From assembly GCA_043228905.1 (NCBI GenBank), contig JBHGNT010000022.1, positions 6,014,001 through 6,078,000 on the forward strand: a stretch of 64,000 nt of DNA. Direction: 5' to 3'. A program made the position numbers and the translations under genes. Shown in pieces: positions 26,824 to 40,200 of this stretch (the first letter of the stretch is position 1; every line of letters begins with the position of its first letter). Under the pieces are notes generated by a model. That model did not search any database and was not told where the DNA came from. It saw nothing but the letters and a program-made list of their open reading frames with translations. This stretch comes from Azolla caroliniana. Lineage: Eukaryota; Plantae; Polypodiophyta.

Positions 26824-29800
26824 TCAACTAATGGGAGGGGGAAACAACCATTTGGGTACATCATACTTCCATAGTATATCCATTCCATTTGCTGCGGCCA
26901 TCGGTGTCGTACACCATCTTTTTCGAAAATTCAGCCTCATTAGGTCTGCAGCATCATTAGTACCATTAATCCGCTCATATTGAGCTCTTAGTGTAGTTAT
27001 GAGTGTGTGCCAAATTAGCTTAATCGATTCTGCTGGAGGGCGTTTGTGTGCGGAAAATACCCTGGTACACCTTGCTGTCCATATATGCCATATAGTGATG
27101 GGGGCAAGCAACATCCAAAGATCTTCAAGTTTTTGATTCTGTACACAAGTTGTAGGTACCCCGTTGTCAGGGATCAACCGAACAATGCCATTCTCCCCTT
27201 TGTACTTAGCATTGCATGTGCTATCGTATGTCGCCACATCAACGTCAAGAGACATCCAACAAGCATGTCCCCAGTTGAGGGTGAACGAACTAGAGGCATG
27301 GCAAAGCAAACGAAGTGCCCTTCCCCATACAGCCATTGCATCACGACATTCCCATAGACAATGGGAGATGCTTTCTATCTGTCCACATGCAGTACATCGA
27401 GGGTCTACATTGGGGCCTTTACCCCACGTCCCTACCGGCAAGGCTCTATGTGCAATAAGCCATAGACACATCATTATCTTGCGGTCATATTTGTCATGCC
27501 ATATCATTTTCCAGAATTTATCTAGTCTCCTTTCACTTATGCCCTCTTGCATCCAAAATTTCCTTGCCGCAACCTTGTCATGTTTTTGTTCTAGAAGAAT
27601 TTGCCTCCCAATCTTCGTGTTATACCTGAAAAATTGAACCAGCTTTTCCCCATCAGTTTGTCCTTGAGTTCTCCAAAAATACCTGGCTGGGTCCCATGAT
27701 AACTGATCCAAATGCCCTTCTATAGGCCAACACACTGTCGCCGGTGTGATCTCCCTTGGCTTAGGGTCAATAATCATATTCTTACCAGTTTTTACGATCA
27801 GCCTAATCGGCTTTTCTCTTTGAAAGACTGGTTGCTCACCTCTTGCCCTTCCGTGCTCTAGTTTGTAGTAGCATACCTCGTTCGATTCTACTTTCATTCC
27901 CTTAATGCCAATTAAACAGTTTTCAGCATCTATAAGACCTGTCCACGCAATTTCAGAGGTTGTTACTTCTTCCTCTTCCAATGTATTCTTGTAGCATGCA
28001 ATGGCATCTGTAATTCTCTTGAGCATGCCTTTACCCCTGCTTATTCTCCATATTCTAGCCTTTTGAGTGCCCACCTCATTGGACAAAAACCTCTCCCACT
28101 CCACTAATGCATTCCCTTGGGCATTGATTAACTCGGCCCATTTGAAACCTGTTTTTTGGCCTATCGTCAGCCCATCCACATCTCTAATCAATGGATTCCA
28201 GACAATTGGCATGTATATCCGCGCATATGCATCATTTCTCCACCTACATATGATCCCCTTTCTGATTTCTTGCCATGCTTTCATAATTCCGATAGCACAA
28301 AGACTCTGCATACTTCCCCAGTATTTGGGCCTCATTTCTGGCACAAAGCCCCAAAATGGGCTGCTAGGCCAACATCCACCTTGTCTTGGCAGCCACATCT
28401 TCCATCTACGCCGCCATAGAACTTTCCAAGGTGCCTCAGGAGGTTGTAGGCTCCGGACCACTAGTTTGCCTAGCAAGGCCTTCGTTTGCATCACGGGATC
28501 TATCAATCCCACCCCCCCTTCACTTTTCCTTTTTATAAGTGTGGTCCAAGCAATCTTTGCAATGGCTTGTTTTTCCTCTGTGCCCCCCCATAAGAAATTT
28601 CTAATGATCTTTTTTATCAATTTCATCGACTTGGGCACGATTATCCAGCATGCAGCAGTGTGCCATATAGTGGCCATTAGGATCTGATTTGCAATCACAA
28701 TCTTTCCCGCAAAGGATAGTTTTCTTGCATTCCACCATATTAGCTTCATTTTAATTTTATCCACTAGTAGATTGTAGTGTTCTGCCCGATCAATGTCCAT
28801 ACCAATTTTGAAGCCCAAGTATCTAGTAGCTTCTCCTTTCCTCAACCATCTAAAATTGGGGTCGAGGACCCAGTTTAACATGGGTTTATTACTGATCCAA
28901 ATGCCCACAAATTTATTCCAATTTATTTTAGCATCGGATCCCCTACAAAACTCATCAATTGCATTTTGCAATCTGCCCAAGTTGTGTGCATCACCTTTGA
29001 CATAGGTCATTGTGTCATCAGCATATGCCGTATCAAGCACCATAACTTCAGCATCGGGTAAGGTAAGGCCTTGTATTTGCCAAGATCTATCAGCAATTTG
29101 ATAATGCAAAGCTTCTGCTGCAATTATGTATAAATACGGGGCTAATGGGCATCCTTGGCGTACCGAACGTAGCATCTTAAAGCTCTTCCCCATACTTCCA
29201 GCCATTAACACTTGGCTGGATGCACCTCTGTAGAAGGCACCCATTCCACGGATCCATTGTTGTTCAAAACTTAGGGCTGCCATCACTGCTTCTAGGAAAT
29301 CCCATGAAATCCTGTCATATGCTTTTTCGAAGTCAAGTAGCATTACTGCTAGGTCCACTTCTTGCTCCTCAGCCCATGCTGAGTATTCCCAGAATGTTAT
29401 CACATTGTCCACAATACTCCGGTTTTCCAAGAAACCAGTTTGCGTTGTATGTATAATGTCCCCAAGTACCATTTTCAATCTCTTACTTACGACTTTGGCC
29501 ATTATCTTATATGCATTGGTGAGGATCGTCAGTGGTCGCCAATTATCAAGCGTTGCTAGGTCTTTACCAGCCTTGGGTATTAAATAAATCATGCCTCTAC
29601 ACATTGTTGTGGGCATTACTCCTTCTACCATAATGTGTTGCATCCCTGCCAGCATGTCATCCTTAATTAGAGCCCAATACTGGATGTAAAAGTATAGAGG
29701 AAGTCCATCAATTCCTGCACAGCTTTGTTTGTTCATATCCCCAATAGCATCCCACAATTCATGCATACCTATAGGGGTATTTAGTTGGTCCATCATTTGA

Positions 29801-31173
29801 GCCGTAACTTTCCTTGGTATCCTCTTTATTATATTTCTAAAGGCAACCTGATGAATCAGATCCTTATTGCATACATTTAGTAGGTGAGTATAATAGCTTG
29901 TGGCTATTTCAAGCATTTCCTCTTTGCATGTGGTCATTGTGCCATCTGTCTTTTTTAAGCATGAAGGTTGGAACCCAGATCCTTTGCATTTAACACCTTC
30001 AAAAAAACCTTTAGTAACCCGATCTCCTACCCTCATCCAGCTTGCTGCCCTACTTCGATAGGCATAGGTACTCCTAAGTTTTTGGTACCTCTCTAATTTG
30101 CTTTTGGCCTCCTCAAGTTGCGCCTCAATCCATACATTATGTGGGTATAATTCTCTTAGTCGTTGCATAGAAACGAGTGACCATTGCATTCTCTACATTT
30201 TCTCTCGTATCTCTTTTCTAATTTCAATCGCTTTTTGTTGAAAAAACCCTGCACATGCCTCAAGTTTCCCAGCCAGCCTATGAGCAGGGTCAAGGTACCT
30301 CCATCTGATATCATACCATATTTTCCGTATATCATCGGTCCATTTATTATCCATAACCAATTCCTTACACACCTTCACATTATGTGGCTTGCAACGATTG
30401 TTTGCTTGTATGTGTAACAGAACTGGGGCATGATCAGAGAACATTGTACCCGGGCAAATAATGCATCTACCTTTCCTATCCATGAGTCGAGGGTCCAAAT
30501 ACCATCTGTCCAGCCTAGACATCGTCCTCCCGTGCACACTTCCTCCTACTCTAGAGTAGCGAAGAGATTTTTCTTTTTGCATTTGAAAGTTAGGGGCATT
30601 CCAACAATCTATCACATTATATGCTAAACAAAACTTATCCCATGCATTCTTCTCTGCCCCCTGTACCGTTCCATTTGCATTGCCTCTTCTATCTTCTGGA
30701 TGCTCCACCATATTAAAGTCTCCTCCAATGATCCACAACTCAGCATCTGGTTTCTTGGCCACTAGTTGCAACCAGAATTCTTGTCTTTCAGCAGTTGAAT
30801 TTGGGGCATAAATGTTCAGTATGCCCAAGTGCCCATAACTGTGTTTTATCCTTATGTAGACAGCACGACCCTCTATTAAACTACCCTTGCCTGTACAGTC
30901 AGCAGTAAACTTAGCTTTCATAGCTATAAGTACTCCCCCCTGAATCTGCCTATCTCCCGTAGCTGCTGACCATGTATTGGTCCAGTTTCCGGGGCAAATG
31001 CTTCCTATTTTATCGATCTTGTCCCCGTCTAGATGGTGCTCCTGCACCAAGATAATATCAGGCAACACTGCCTCAGTGCATCGCTGAATTTCAGCAGCCA
31101 ACACATTCTTTTTCATCTGGAATTGGGTGCCACCAATTCCTTGTATATTCCAAGTTAGCAAACTGAGATTCAT
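26824..31173 (-). CDS. L1 ORF2 (APE endonuclease, RT, zf-RVT) with a single in-frame TAG at 30195-30193
   Basis: TWNIQG, GGDFN, SDHAPV endonuclease motifs; LDFEKAYD, RQGCPLAP, YADD RT motifs; CTAC...ESISHCLWEC; ORFs 30193-31173 and 26824-30189 share one frame. Confidence 0.92.
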
Positions 31174-32984
31174 ATAAGCTGCACCTTCTGAGGCCCAGCC
31201 AATGCATTTTCCGCTTCCAATATGGTAGCTAATATCCGATCTTGGAGATTTTCCTCTTCCAAATGTGTCAGCATTTCAGGGATGTATACCATGAACTCCG
31301 TTATCAGATTAGGAAGCTTCCTAAATTTCACATTTATGAAGCATATACCTTGTTCATTCGCCTTGCCCGAACTCCAAATCAAGGCATCTTTCCATTGTCT
31401 TTTCATTTTCATCCCTATTGCGGTGCCATATGATGCGTCTACATAAACATCCATTTGTTGTTCCAAACACCCGAGGGCTTCTTCTCTACTATGTGGCTCC
31501 TTAGTTCCCAAGGCCAAAATATAGGACAGACCAACAACCCCTCCATCACTACATTTGCCATATATATTGACTCTACATAGGCTGTCCTTCTTCATCTCAC
31601 TTCCACATAGTTCCTTGAACCACTTTTTGCCCGACAGATTCACTTTGATCTGTTGTCCAATATTCGAGAGGGGGCCCGCCTTGTATTGAAGATTCCAGTT
31701 CACTCTTGGCCATTTACGCATCCCTTTATTTTTTGCCATCCCCTTCATCTCCTCTTTTTTTGCACGCATGTGCCTTTTCATTTTTGCTAGCCCCTTAATA
31801 TCTTGGGTTGTCACCAATGACTTAGACTGCTCTTTCAATGGGCTTACGACCTTACCTATGTTTAATTCTCCTACCTCGCCTATACTTTCAGGAAGCATCT
31901 GGCCAATAACATCCCCTACCAAGTTGTCCTCCTGGTGTAGTTTCGTCATATCATTAATTACTTCCACATAATTACTCTCATGAGTTGTCTTCTTTCTTTC
32001 TTCCCTTTCATTAGGTTTGTATTCATTGTCCTCTAAGGTTAATGCAAAGCCTTTATAGGTGTTCTGTTTCCATCCATTTTCATTCTTACTCAATGCAAGG
32101 TTCATTCGTTGAAGACTTGTTTTACATTTCTGTCCTAGCTTCCCATTTCCATGATGCATGTTCTCCTTTCCTCTAGGGCATTCTCGGGCCATGTGCCCCA
32201 TCTGTCTACATGCAAAACATTGCCCTGGGAGTCCCACATACTCAACAGTTTGTACATGGTCAGCCATTTGTTTACTGCTCAACACCATTGATTGCGGTAA
32301 GGTCTTTACATTCGAAACAATTAGTTTGATCCTCGGTGTTTCACTTATTCTCTCCGCAAGAGTCTTTTCCAGGCATTGACCTCCCATACTTTTGCCAATG
32401 GCCGGGAGAAAGGATTCCCATTGCTTAGGTAAACCAGGAAAAAATGCCGTTACCACTGTAGGATTGCCTATATAAGCATCAGCTTTACACATGTCAAAGT
32501 CTGCATCCCAATTGAATACATAGGCCCTCGCATTGTGCCAAATCAGTGGGCTGCTCTCAACAATTTTGCATACATTCGTTTCCGGCATCACTATAACATG
32601 GTAGAAGCCCTTTCCCATAAATGCAATGTCCTTCAATCTACCAAGGTCTTCTTGTAGACAACTTTGCAGCCAATCACGCAATATTGCTCTATTGGGTCGG
32701 CTACCCACCACTTTTACCACAAAGGATTCCCGTTTAAGACGTGTTAATTCACTCTCCATTAGGCATTCTTCCTCCTGGGAGAGAACAAAGGCTCCCATTG
32801 CATGCATTGAGTGACCATTTTGATTGTCCACCCCTTGTGTTTCCTGTTCGGTTTCAGCATCAATGCGATTAAATAGATGTTCATGACATACCTGTGTCCC
32901 ATTGATGTCCAGAAGGTTTGGGGCTGATGTTTGTGCAGGCTCTGAAGCAGCCGAGTCGTTTTTCGACGATCCTTCTGCTGCCAT
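31170..32984 (-). CDS. L1 ORF1 (DUF4283-like region plus CCHC knuckle)
   Basis: 604-aa open frame; CFACRQMGHMAREC; stop codon overlaps the ORF2 start (ATGA). Confidence 0.88.
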   Translation of the reverse strand: MAAEGSSKNDSAASEPAQTSAPNLLDINGTQVCHEHLFNRIDAETEQETQGVDNQNGHSMHAMGAFVLSQEEECLMESELTRLKRESFVVKVVGSRPNRAILRDWLQSCLQEDLGRLKDIAFMGKGFYHVIVMPETNVCKIVESSPLIWHNARAYVFNWDADFDMCKADAYIGNPTVVTAFFPGLPKQWESFLPAIGKSMGGQCLEKTLAERISETPRIKLIVSNVKTLPQSMVLSSKQMADHVQTVEYVGLPGQCFACRQMGHMARECPRGKENMHHGNGKLGQKCKTSLQRMNLALSKNENGWKQNTYKGFALTLEDNEYKPNEREERKKTTHESNYVEVINDMTKLHQEDNLVGDVIGQMLPESIGEVGELNIGKVVSPLKEQSKSLVTTQDIKGLAKMKRHMRAKKEEMKGMAKNKGMRKWPRVNWNLQYKAGPLSNIGQQIKVNLSGKKWFKELCGSEMKKDSLCRVNIYGKCSDGGVVGLSYILALGTKEPHSREEALGCLEQQMDVYVDASYGTAIGMKMKRQWKDALIWSSGKANEQGICFINVKFRKLPNLITEFMVYIPEMLTHLEEENLQDRILATILEAENALAGPQKVQLI

Positions 32985-33714
32985 CGCTCCTCACGGCTGA
33001 GTCGTAGATCGATGTCTTTGACAATGTCGTTTGCTCCTGCCTCTGCTGTCGGCGCCTCTGTTACTCTGCTATCTCGTCGCCGCCTCCTGCAGAGCTTCCA
33101 CCTCCTGAATCAGGGGATCTGTTACTCTGCTGTCGGCGCCTCTGTTACTCTGTTATCCCGTCGCCGCCTCCTGCCTTCCTTTGACTATCCCGTCACCGCC
33201 TCCTGCAGAGCTTCCTCCTGCAGAGCTTCCTCCTTCTATATGTATGTAAGTATTGTAGATTGTATGGTTTCGTATAACCTATATATATGGTGATATGTGG
33301 AATATGTATGTATGTGTGTGTGTGTGTGTAAATTTGTATATCATATAATATGTATGGATTATATGATATGTAGTATGTAATTTATTTATGCGTGCGTGTG
33401 TAATATATGTACCTTGTTTGTATGTATGTGAGTTTGTAATACATATAATATGTAATCTTATATACTTATGTGTATGTGTATATATAATATATAATTTATT
33501 TATGTATATTTCTTGTGTTTGATATTTATATATGTTTTTGTATACTTTTTGTATAATTGTGCGTATAATAATATATGCGTGTAATATGTAATACATAAAA
33601 TATGTTTTTAAGAATGTGTATGTATAAATGTAATATGTAATTTTTATGTGTGTATCATGTATATATGTATGTCAATATATATGGCTTATTCTGATATGTA
33701 TGTAACATGTATGC

Positions 33715-33749
<35 letters not shown>

Positions 33750-36700
33750 TGTATGTATATATGCAGTATGTAATGTATTTATGTATGTATTTACATTTGG
33801 TAATATATATTTGTACAAATATAATATATTCATGAATCTTGGATGTAATGTTTAAATGTAGGTATATATGAATGCATGTATATGTATGTATGTATGTATG
33901 TATGCTACTCCAAATTTGAGCATTGTTTGCATAATATATGTTTTACTATCTCATTGAAATATTTAATATTTCATGGGCTTATGTAATTTTTTTCTCTAAC
34001 ATAATTGATAATATCCTTATGTAAATATATTTTCAAATATTTATTTATACCCTTATATATATATGTTCTGTATCTTAGTGGTCAATTAAAACCCCTTTTG
34101 ATGAACTCACGTGCTATCATACAAGTATTGACAGTGAAGCCCCCGGGGTTCAAATGCACTTGGTGGGATGCTTGGCTTATAATAGGTCTGTTGGACCTCA
34201 CGTCTTCATTACATACCCTAATGTTCACAATGACCCTAACCTAACAGTTACAGTCATTCACCGAGTTTTGATGTCTTGGGGCCAACCTTTCCCCCCTGTT
34301 CTATACATTCAATTGGACAATACTGCTAGAGAGAACAAAAATTCAACTGTATTTGGCTATCTAAGTATGTTGGTCAACCAAGAATTGTTTAGGAAAGTGA
34401 AAGTCAATTTTCTTTTGGTTGGCCACACACATGGCCATATAGATCAGATGTTTAGCACATTCTCTAGACAGTTGTCTCGGCATGATGCTTTCACTTTACC
34501 TAAACTATTTGATGTCATTTGTGATGCATATACACCACGCCCAAAAGTGTTACACTTGAAGGAGGTATATGACTTTAAGAGATATATATCAGATGGGGGT
34601 GGTGGGAATGTTAAAGTGCTTGCTCAGTTAAACAATATAAGTTTCAATCACATTTTTATGATAAAGAAAAATGGAATAAGTGGTTCTACACTTTTGTATG
34701 CTAAACAATATTCATCTTCTACAACATGGGAACCTGAAGGTGGTTGCCAGTTATTACTTTGTATGTCGAGTGTCCACGGAGCTAAGCAAATGCCAATTGA
34801 GAAGAAAGGACAGTTGCAGAGCGACTTGGTATCAGAACAAAAACGATCATGGCTCCAAGCCTTAGAAGAAAAAAGAAAGCATATTGAGGCTGCCAAGAAA
34901 TATGCCGCACAACAAGACACGTCATGGTGGGATGTATTTTATAGTGATCAGAAAGGAATTATAGAAAATTGTGTATCTGGTGATAATTGGAATTTGGAAA
35001 CGCCATTCACATGGTCGCTGCAACATGATCCCATAAATAGAACTCCGGAGCAACTAGCAAATGCGATTAATGACAGCTTAGTCCATCCACAACAAAGAGA
35101 CATTTATGTGGGACCAATGATGACCAAAGCAGCCGAAGCTAGATGGCAAGGAAATTTGCAAGAGCTCACCGCGGGGATGTTGATTGCAACGCCAACTGAT
35201 GAGAACTCACATGGCCACCAATTTTGGGTTGGTAAAATTCTAGAAGTGCTAATGCATGGAATAGAAAACACGATCAAGTCTATAAATGTTCATTGGTACA
35301 ACACTAGAAGTGCAAATGCTTTTACAGGTAAGTATACATTGGAGATGATTGAATGCCCAACAAGAAGGGGAGGTAGGAAGAGGAAGCGAAACATTCGTAA
35401 CACCTCGACCCTTGATATCTCTGATGTGGATATCATCGTGTACGACTTCACACTTACAAAAGTCGGACAATTAAGGAAGTCAACAATAGATATAATAAAA
35501 GAAAAATTACCAGGTCTACAAGGTGGCTCGAGTCAAATGCAAACGAGATTTGCTACATATAATCTAGAGTCAAACCATTTGGTTTATGAAGAAGATAATG
35601 CATTGATTGGTACATCCGAGGATGACGAGGAGGAATCGTCATTGTATATTAGTTATAGTAGTGATTCTCCGTAAAGGAGTGATCATGAATGTATATTTGG
35701 CTATTAAGTGTAACTACATTCCGCTTGTAACAAATCGAGTAATATAAAAGCATGTGTTTTGAATTCTTATGATTTCTAAAAAATCGTTTCTTATAAAATA
35801 ACATTGGTTGTAAAGTTTGTGATATAAATTGAGAATGTATCTTTTTGAAATTCGTCTTTTTTTAGTTACTTCTAAATCACGAAAATAGTGGATTTTTAAC
35901 CTTTTTCATAGTATGTTTGAACATGTATGATACTGGTATCAATGTGTTTTGTAAAATCATTGAAAAAGCCCTAAAATCAACCAAAATTTCCCTTATCCTT
36001 CCATTTATGCATGATCCTTCCACTTGTGAACGCGAACGTGTTCATAACGCATCCCTAACTAATACAATTTGCACATGTGGGTGCCCAATTTGTCGATCAA
36101 GCCTGCAAGAGGAGTGTAAATCATTTGAGCACGTTATCTCTTCCATGAGTTATTTATTAGATTCAATATTGTGTCCGAGAGAAACTTACGCTATCTTCCA
36201 TATTCATAAATGTGTCATGGGTTTATGTCAAGATTGTGGCCCTACTAGATTTAGGTGGTGTCCAAATGAATTGAGTAGTGAAATATTGATCTCTGTGAAG
36301 TTATTTGAGTCAGTGAACACCAATTTTGAAGGAAAGGTGTGTAAAAGAAAGGATCTAGTTCAGAAGATGCTTAAACCAAGGGATTTGGTGTCTCTGTTTG
36401 TAGTATCTCTAGGAAAGTTCATTAAACACAACTTCATTTATTCATGGTAGGCCCATCAGTTTAAGACTTGCATATCTGATTTCCCAAATGATGTAGTAGT
36501 CTTAGTAGTAGATTTCGCAGAGAATTATACTTTCAAGCAGCAGAATGAAATTCAATCTATGCATTTGTGTTCAGTTCATGTAACCATTTTTGGGCACATA
36601 ACATATTTTCGAGTTTCAGGTGATGTTAAAAAAGTAATTCATTTCTTTATTTCTGATGATAAGAAGCATGATACCTTGTTCGTCCAACACTGTTTTAAGT

Positions 36701-37260
36701 TACATTGGCAGTGGTTATTAGCTCAACGTTTGGAGCTTACTCAACAATTGGTCTGGTCTGACAGAGTTGCGTCCCAATTCAAGGCTCGACGTCCATTTTA
36801 TTTTGTGGGGAGGTATCCCGCTATAACAGGTTTGGAGATGAGATGGAATTTTTTTGGGTTTGGCCATGGTAAAGGTGAACATGATGGTGCAGGGGCTGTT
36901 ATAAAGCGGGCACTTACCCATGAACAACTAAAGACAGATGGTGTGCACATGAATTGTGCATCACATGTAGTTGAATTTTTAACAACAAATATGTCAACGA
37001 GTGCAACAGGTGTTTATTCCTCCCAAGTCCAAGATATCAAACATGAATTTTGGGAAGTGAAGATAGATGAAGTAAATAGGGAGAAGACCTGGGAGTGCCA
37101 AGGAATTCCCGAATTGCGATCTCTGCATGCTGTTCGCGGTTATTCCAGGTTGGATGGTCATTGTATTGCGGTTAGAGAATTGACTTGTTTTTGCTTCCAT
37201 TGTGTGCAGGGAAATTGGAGATATTGTCTAAACAAAGCATACATTCAGAATTGGGAATAT

Positions 37261-40200
37261 TGTTATACGTTTTAGGGTTAGGGTTAAGGACGATGATAAT
37301 CATGATAAAGATAGACATGGTGGTTATGATGATGATGGAGAGTATGGGATTGATGGCGAGAGAGATCATGTGCATTGAGAAGCATTGCGGGGTGGGGGGT
37401 GGTGCCTAGAATGGCTCCACCCCCCTCCTAAGGGGGTTCAACGTAAGGGGAGATAGAAGAGAGAGATGACAAGAGAGAGATTGAGAGAGAGAGAAATGTT
37501 CGTTCATATTTCATTCATTCCCCATAAGGGGTTAAATAGTACAAGAGGCGGTAGATACATAGGGGTGTAAGCCCCCTCGAGCATTCATACTGGACACTCA
37601 CTCACACCTCCTCGTATCCATCCACATGCACACACGTGTGCATGTATTCACATACGTATAGACTCACAACTATATTTATACCCCCTACACATACACAACA
37701 TCATGATAACATTCGACCCTCGCTCATCACACTTGACTCTCCGTACATCTCGTACGGGGTAACACAATATGGCACGCCCGTGGGAAAGTGCCTTGCACGT
37801 CGATCCCACATGCCTTGATGATGATATTTCTTCGACCGAAACTTCCATCAGTCCTTTCATTGATCGACTCCCTCGATCGGAGTGCTTGACTCGAACATCT
37901 TTGTCGGTCAGCAAATCTTCCGCGACACGAACATTCTCGTTCTGTCGACTTACAAACTTCGTAAAATCATTCGGGTCGTCAAAAATATGTAGTATGTATG
38001 TGTGTTCTTCCTTTAATTTTTGTGTGGGTTGTCGTGGTCGATCACGTCGATTTCTTTAGGTGGATAAGTTTTTAGGTATTTTTAGCCTCAAATTTTCTAA
38101 ATGAATGATAATGCCCTTAGGTTTTGAAAACTGTATATGTAGCCTTATGTTTTTATAAAATTATGTACCCTCAAGGCTTTTATAATTATATTTGATACCC
38201 CTATCTCCTTTTTCCCCCTCTGTTTTCTTTCTTTCTTCATTCCTTTTTTTCTTTCTGTTTTGCCTCTCCCGCTCTTGTCTGTCTGTCCATGACTTTCTCT
38301 TCTTCCAAGAATTCTTCTTTCTCTTCCTTCTCTGTTCATCAATGGCTACATCTTCTTCCACTTCTTCTTCTTCATCTTCTTGTATATCATCTCCTTTCTT
38401 CTTCTTTCTTTGTCTCTCGTGCTCGCTTCTCCGTCTCTCCATGACTCCTTCCATTTCTCCTGTCTTTCTTTCTCTTCTTCTCTGTTTGTGCTGCTCCGTG
38501 ATTTCTTCTCCTTCATTCTTTTCTGTGTTTTCTTTGTTTCAGTTGGCTGCACATCTCTGTCGCGTCATCCGTCTTTGTGCGGCCATTGTCCAGCGCCGAC
38601 GTTATTCGGTCGTCTCTATCTTCATTTCTGTCGCTGTTCAACCGTGTCTTTCTGGCTATCCGGCTCGTCGTTTCGGTCGTTGGTTATCCAGCCATCGCCC
38701 TCGCTTCGACAACTATTCTGCCATTCTGGTTGGTCTGGCTATCTCCCGGCCATTCTGGCCATTTTGGCCGCTCCGACCACTGTCCGACTTTGTCTGGTCG
38801 CTGCTCCGGCCATCGCCATCGTTGTTTGTTGCCTGTGTCGACCGTCTGGTCCGACCGCCTCCGGTTTGGCACCGTTCGGCCACTCTGACCGTTATGTGTC
38901 GTTGCACATTTCGGAAATCGATCCAGCCGCTCTGCCGCTACCACTATACGACCGCCACTCCATTCGGTGGCTGGCGCTGTCTCTGTCCGACCGGGTCGCT
39001 GTTGGTCGGCCACCACTCTAGCTGTTGGTATGTGGCCACCGCCGTCTGATCGTTGTCCCAACTCCGTCACTGTTTCGACGGTTCGGCCCATTCTGATCAT
39101 TATTGTCTTTCTGGCCCTCCAGCCACAGTTCGGTTGTCCATCTTTGTCACCGTTTCGGCCGTCATCCGGTTGTTAATGTCCTGCACCATCGCTGTCACTA
39201 TCGTCAGTCAGTCCATCCTCATCCAACACTGTCTGTTTGTGTCTCTGACTCTGTCCGGTCCGTTTGTCTGATCTGGTCCGTTTTAGTCCGTCCGGCCATT
39301 CTTACCAGTTGTTTTTGGTCGTTTGTCCAGCTGTTGCTGCTCTGGCCGACTGTCCGTCGTTGTACATCATTCTGGCCACTCCGACTGTTGTCTGGTTGCT
39401 CTTCAATTGTTGTCCGGCCATTCCAACCGCTCTCCGGCCACTTCGGCCGCTCCAGTTGCTCCTGTTTGGTCACTCTCCGGCCTATTCGATCGCTCGAACT
39501 GCTGTCCGGCCGTCTCCATCTTCGTCGTTGTCTGGCGTCGTCCAGTCTAACCGCCTCTGTTCTGGCACCGTTCAGCCACTGCGACCGCTCTTCGGTCGCT
39601 TTGTATCTCTGTATCAGGGTTAGTATAGGGGCCAGAGGCACGAACTTAGGGTTAGTACACGAAGAGTTTGGGCTAAACTTATAAGGCCCATGAGTGTAGG
39701 AGAAACTAGGGCTAGGGTATCTAGTGGAAGGAATGGTAGAGGAGTTAGGGTTAGGAAAACATGAACAGAAACTGCGATTAGGGTTATAGGAGTAGTGATT
39801 ATCCAAAGACCAAAAATGATGATAATGCTCAGAGACATCATTAATCTACCATTTTCATGATTTCTCGCACATTTCTTGTACATTGTCGGTTTGATTTCTT
39901 GCTCTCTCGCACATACTTCTATTGCATATCATTCTGTGAGTTCCTCTCGCACATCATACTGCCGCTGATCATTCATCGACTCCATCTCCAAAGGGGGGTC
40001 GCCTTAGTGGTCGCCAAATAGTGTTATACGTTTTAGGGTTAGGGTTAAGGACGATGATAATCATGATAAAGATAGACATGGTGGTTATGATGATGATGGA
40101 GAGTATGGGATTGATGGCGAGAGAGATCATGTGCATTGAGAAGCATTGCGGGGTGGGGGGTGGTGCCTAGAATGGCTCCACCCCCCTCCTAAGGGGGTTC

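Larger units (their letters stand above)
26604..33236 (-). mobile_element. Full-length L1-clade LINE
   Basis: T20 at 26604-26623 (poly-A tail); 14-bp TSD TATATGTATGTAAG at 26590-26603 and 33237-33250; two ORFs; 5' UTR with a duplicated GC-rich unit. Confidence 0.95.
21116..34147. mobile_element. TIR DNA transposon with 8-bp TSD, apparently non-autonomous, with captured cargo
   Basis: TIR CCCGGGGGCTCCACT / CCCGGGGGCTTCACT (15 bp, 1 mismatch); TSD GTTCAAAT at 21108-21115 and 34148-34155; empty site visible in copy 2 near 60446. Confidence 0.92.
19856..35674 (+). pseudogene. Sola1-type DDD transposase copy 1 (19856-21115 and 34156-35674)
   Basis: MGYCSIC, IDGRDQKK, YIQLDNTARENKN, FLLVGHTHGHIDQMFS; halves rejoin as CLVQMHLVG, exactly as in the uninterrupted copy at 60335-61051. 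Confidence 0.82.
14472..36030 (+). mobile_element. Sola1-like DNA transposon copy 1 carrying a ParB-methyltransferase cargo gene
   Basis: TIR TTCACAAGTGGAAGGAT at 14472 and its reverse complement ending 36030; probable 4-bp TSD CGCA/CGCG (1 mismatch); interrupts the Sola2-like transposase. Confidence 0.82.

Noticed and set aside
25005-26874. Many Cys/Met/Tyr/His-rich ORFs (also 21256-21681, 23384-23608, 33279-33596)
   Set aside because: Translations of TA/TG microsatellite sequence.
38145-39883. Long overlapping ORFs inside the non-autonomous LTR element
   Set aside because: Low-complexity CT-rich and CCG/TCG-rich sequence open in several frames, with no gag or pol motifs.
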